NCBI GenBank assembly: GCA_964016885.1
Contig: OZ024742.1
Span: forward strand, 170,128,001 to 170,192,000
Origin: Eledone cirrhosa
Lineage: Eukaryota
Reading direction: 5' to 3'
Length of the DNA stretch: 64,000 nucleotides
This document shows positions 52,878 through 64,000 of this stretch, in pieces (within the stretch, counting starts at the first letter, position 1; each line of letters begins with the position of its first letter). Made by a program: the position numbers and the translations under genes. The notes under the pieces were generated by a model. The model was not told the origin of the DNA, made no database searches, and saw only the letters and a list, made by a program, of their open reading frames with translations.

Positions 52878-54273
52878 TCTGTTATATATATAAAATTAAG
52901 TATGTGTGTGTCTGTGTATTACCTATAGGGGCCTATATCTTACGACCGATTTTCATGAAACTTTACAGGCTCATAGATTAGTCACCGGGGAGCGTTTTCT
53001 ATATATCAGCGTATCGTTTTTTTTTTGTTTTTTTTTTATTCCGGGGTCGTTCTGTAGATAAAAATCGATAGGGATGTCACCTTTTTTTTAGGTATCGAAA
53101 AATAAGATTTTGGGCTCTAGCTCCCACATTTTGCCACCGATTTCGTTCAAATTTAAAGCAAAATAGAATTTATCATTGCACATCCTTTAATGGCTTTATA
53201 TTTTGTATTTGTTGTTCAGGGACGGCGTGGCAGCCGCTAAATATTCAAAAATACCACTTTTAGACTCAAATTTCCACTTTTTCTGCTCTAGCTCCACATT
53301 AATCAACCGATTTCGTTCAAATTCGAAACTTCGGCTCCACCTCACACATAAATCAATTTATTTGGTTCAACTTTTATACTACGAAGAACCTATCATTGCA
53401 CATCTTATAGTAGCTTTACACTTTGCATTTTTTGTTCAGGGACGGCGACCTATCATTAGCTCCCACATTTTCAACTTTTAGGAGATTAGTATCAGTGTAT
53501 ATATATATTATCAAGAATGACAATAAATGCAGGTGAGAGTTGTGACATGGTTTTACTTCACAGAAGTCAAATAAATTGATAAAAATAATTGTTACCACAT
53601 GTTGATATTCAGGTGGTAACAACTCCAGACTGGAGTGTGTGGAGGAGAACAGAAAATCTTCTCTTGGTAAGGTTCCAGTGTTTCTTTAGGCTGCCGGTGT
53701 TCTTCTTGGGTGCGAAGGAAGTGAAACAGGAGTCATCTCTTGACGAGGTCTCAGGTGTTCTTGTCCCTTCGACGTTCAGGAGTAGAGTGTGTCTTATGGT
53801 TTGATTGTCCTCGACTATATAGTCCCTAGGGGACGCAACTCCATTTAGTACATGAATCTGCCGCTGGGAGTCGCGCCCGTCGCAAAGGGACGTAACTCCT
53901 ATACGTTCTGAGTCACAGCCGTAAGGGGCCGCTACAAACCGATTTCGTTCAAATTCGAAACTTCGGCTCCACCTCACACATAAATCAATTTATTTGGTTC
54001 AACTTTTATACTATAATAGAACCTATCAGTGCAGATCTTATAGTAGTTTTACACTTTTCATTTTTTTGTTCAGGGACGGCGTGGCAGCCGATTAACTCTT
54101 CAAAATACGATTATTTCCACCTCCACATATTCCATACGATTTCACTCAACATTTTGCCATTTGCTACACCTTACGACCGATTTTCAACAAACTCGCAGTC
54201 GCTAAGATCAACACCTTTTCATCAAAGCAGATATTATTTTACCTACCCAGGCAACGCTGGGTACTGCTGCTAG
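52878..54273 (+). mobile_element. Non-autonomous Helitron with internal tandem subrepeats
   Basis: 5' A|TC followed by TATATATAAAA; 3' hairpin TACCCAG-GCAACG-CTGGGTA then CTAG|T; repeated ACCGATTTCGTTCAAA units. Confidence 0.8.
53477..53936 (-). mobile_element. Probable solo LTR (460 bp) inserted in the Helitron
   Basis: Interrupts a Helitron subrepeat; ends T(T)TAG...CTACA; imperfect 4-bp TSD AACT/AACC; TATA-like GACTATATAGTC. Confidence 0.55.

Positions 54274-64000
<9,727 letters not shown>

Noticed and set aside
53609-53977. 122-aa ORF as a Helitron-captured gene
   Set aside because: Crosses the insert boundary; termini fit an LTR better

Overview
AT-rich, repeat-dominated eukaryotic DNA. 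The SINE families resemble those I recall from Octopus genomes; this assignment is an inference. No complete host gene can be supported, and most of the supplied ORF track is microsatellite translation. Contents: (1) a 24-bp minisatellite at the start and about 10 kb of (TA)n-based microsatellite at the end; (2) many tRNA-derived SINE copies from several families; (3) decayed RTE LINE fragments and TTAA-ended piggyBac-like MITEs; (4) a near-complete but frameshifted Tx1/L1-type LINE (48071-52225, minus); (5) an R4/Dong-like restriction-like-endonuclease LINE 3' fragment lying in (TATG)n between two copies of a short non-autonomous RTE-derived element; (6) a non-autonomous Helitron (52878-54273) with a probable solo LTR inside it. 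The most striking signal is a cluster of short non-coding elements next to (TA)n tracts (19.4-19.7 kb and 41.4-43.6 kb). They carry minimal type-I hammerhead ribozyme motifs from several unrelated sequence families, often inside long, near-perfect fold-back palindromes, as expected for Penelope-like pLTRs or retrozymes. CpG frequency appears to rise at about 35.9 kb, and a few splice-signal-flanked unique segments to the left hint at a large host gene. Most repeat boundaries were read by eye and are approximate.
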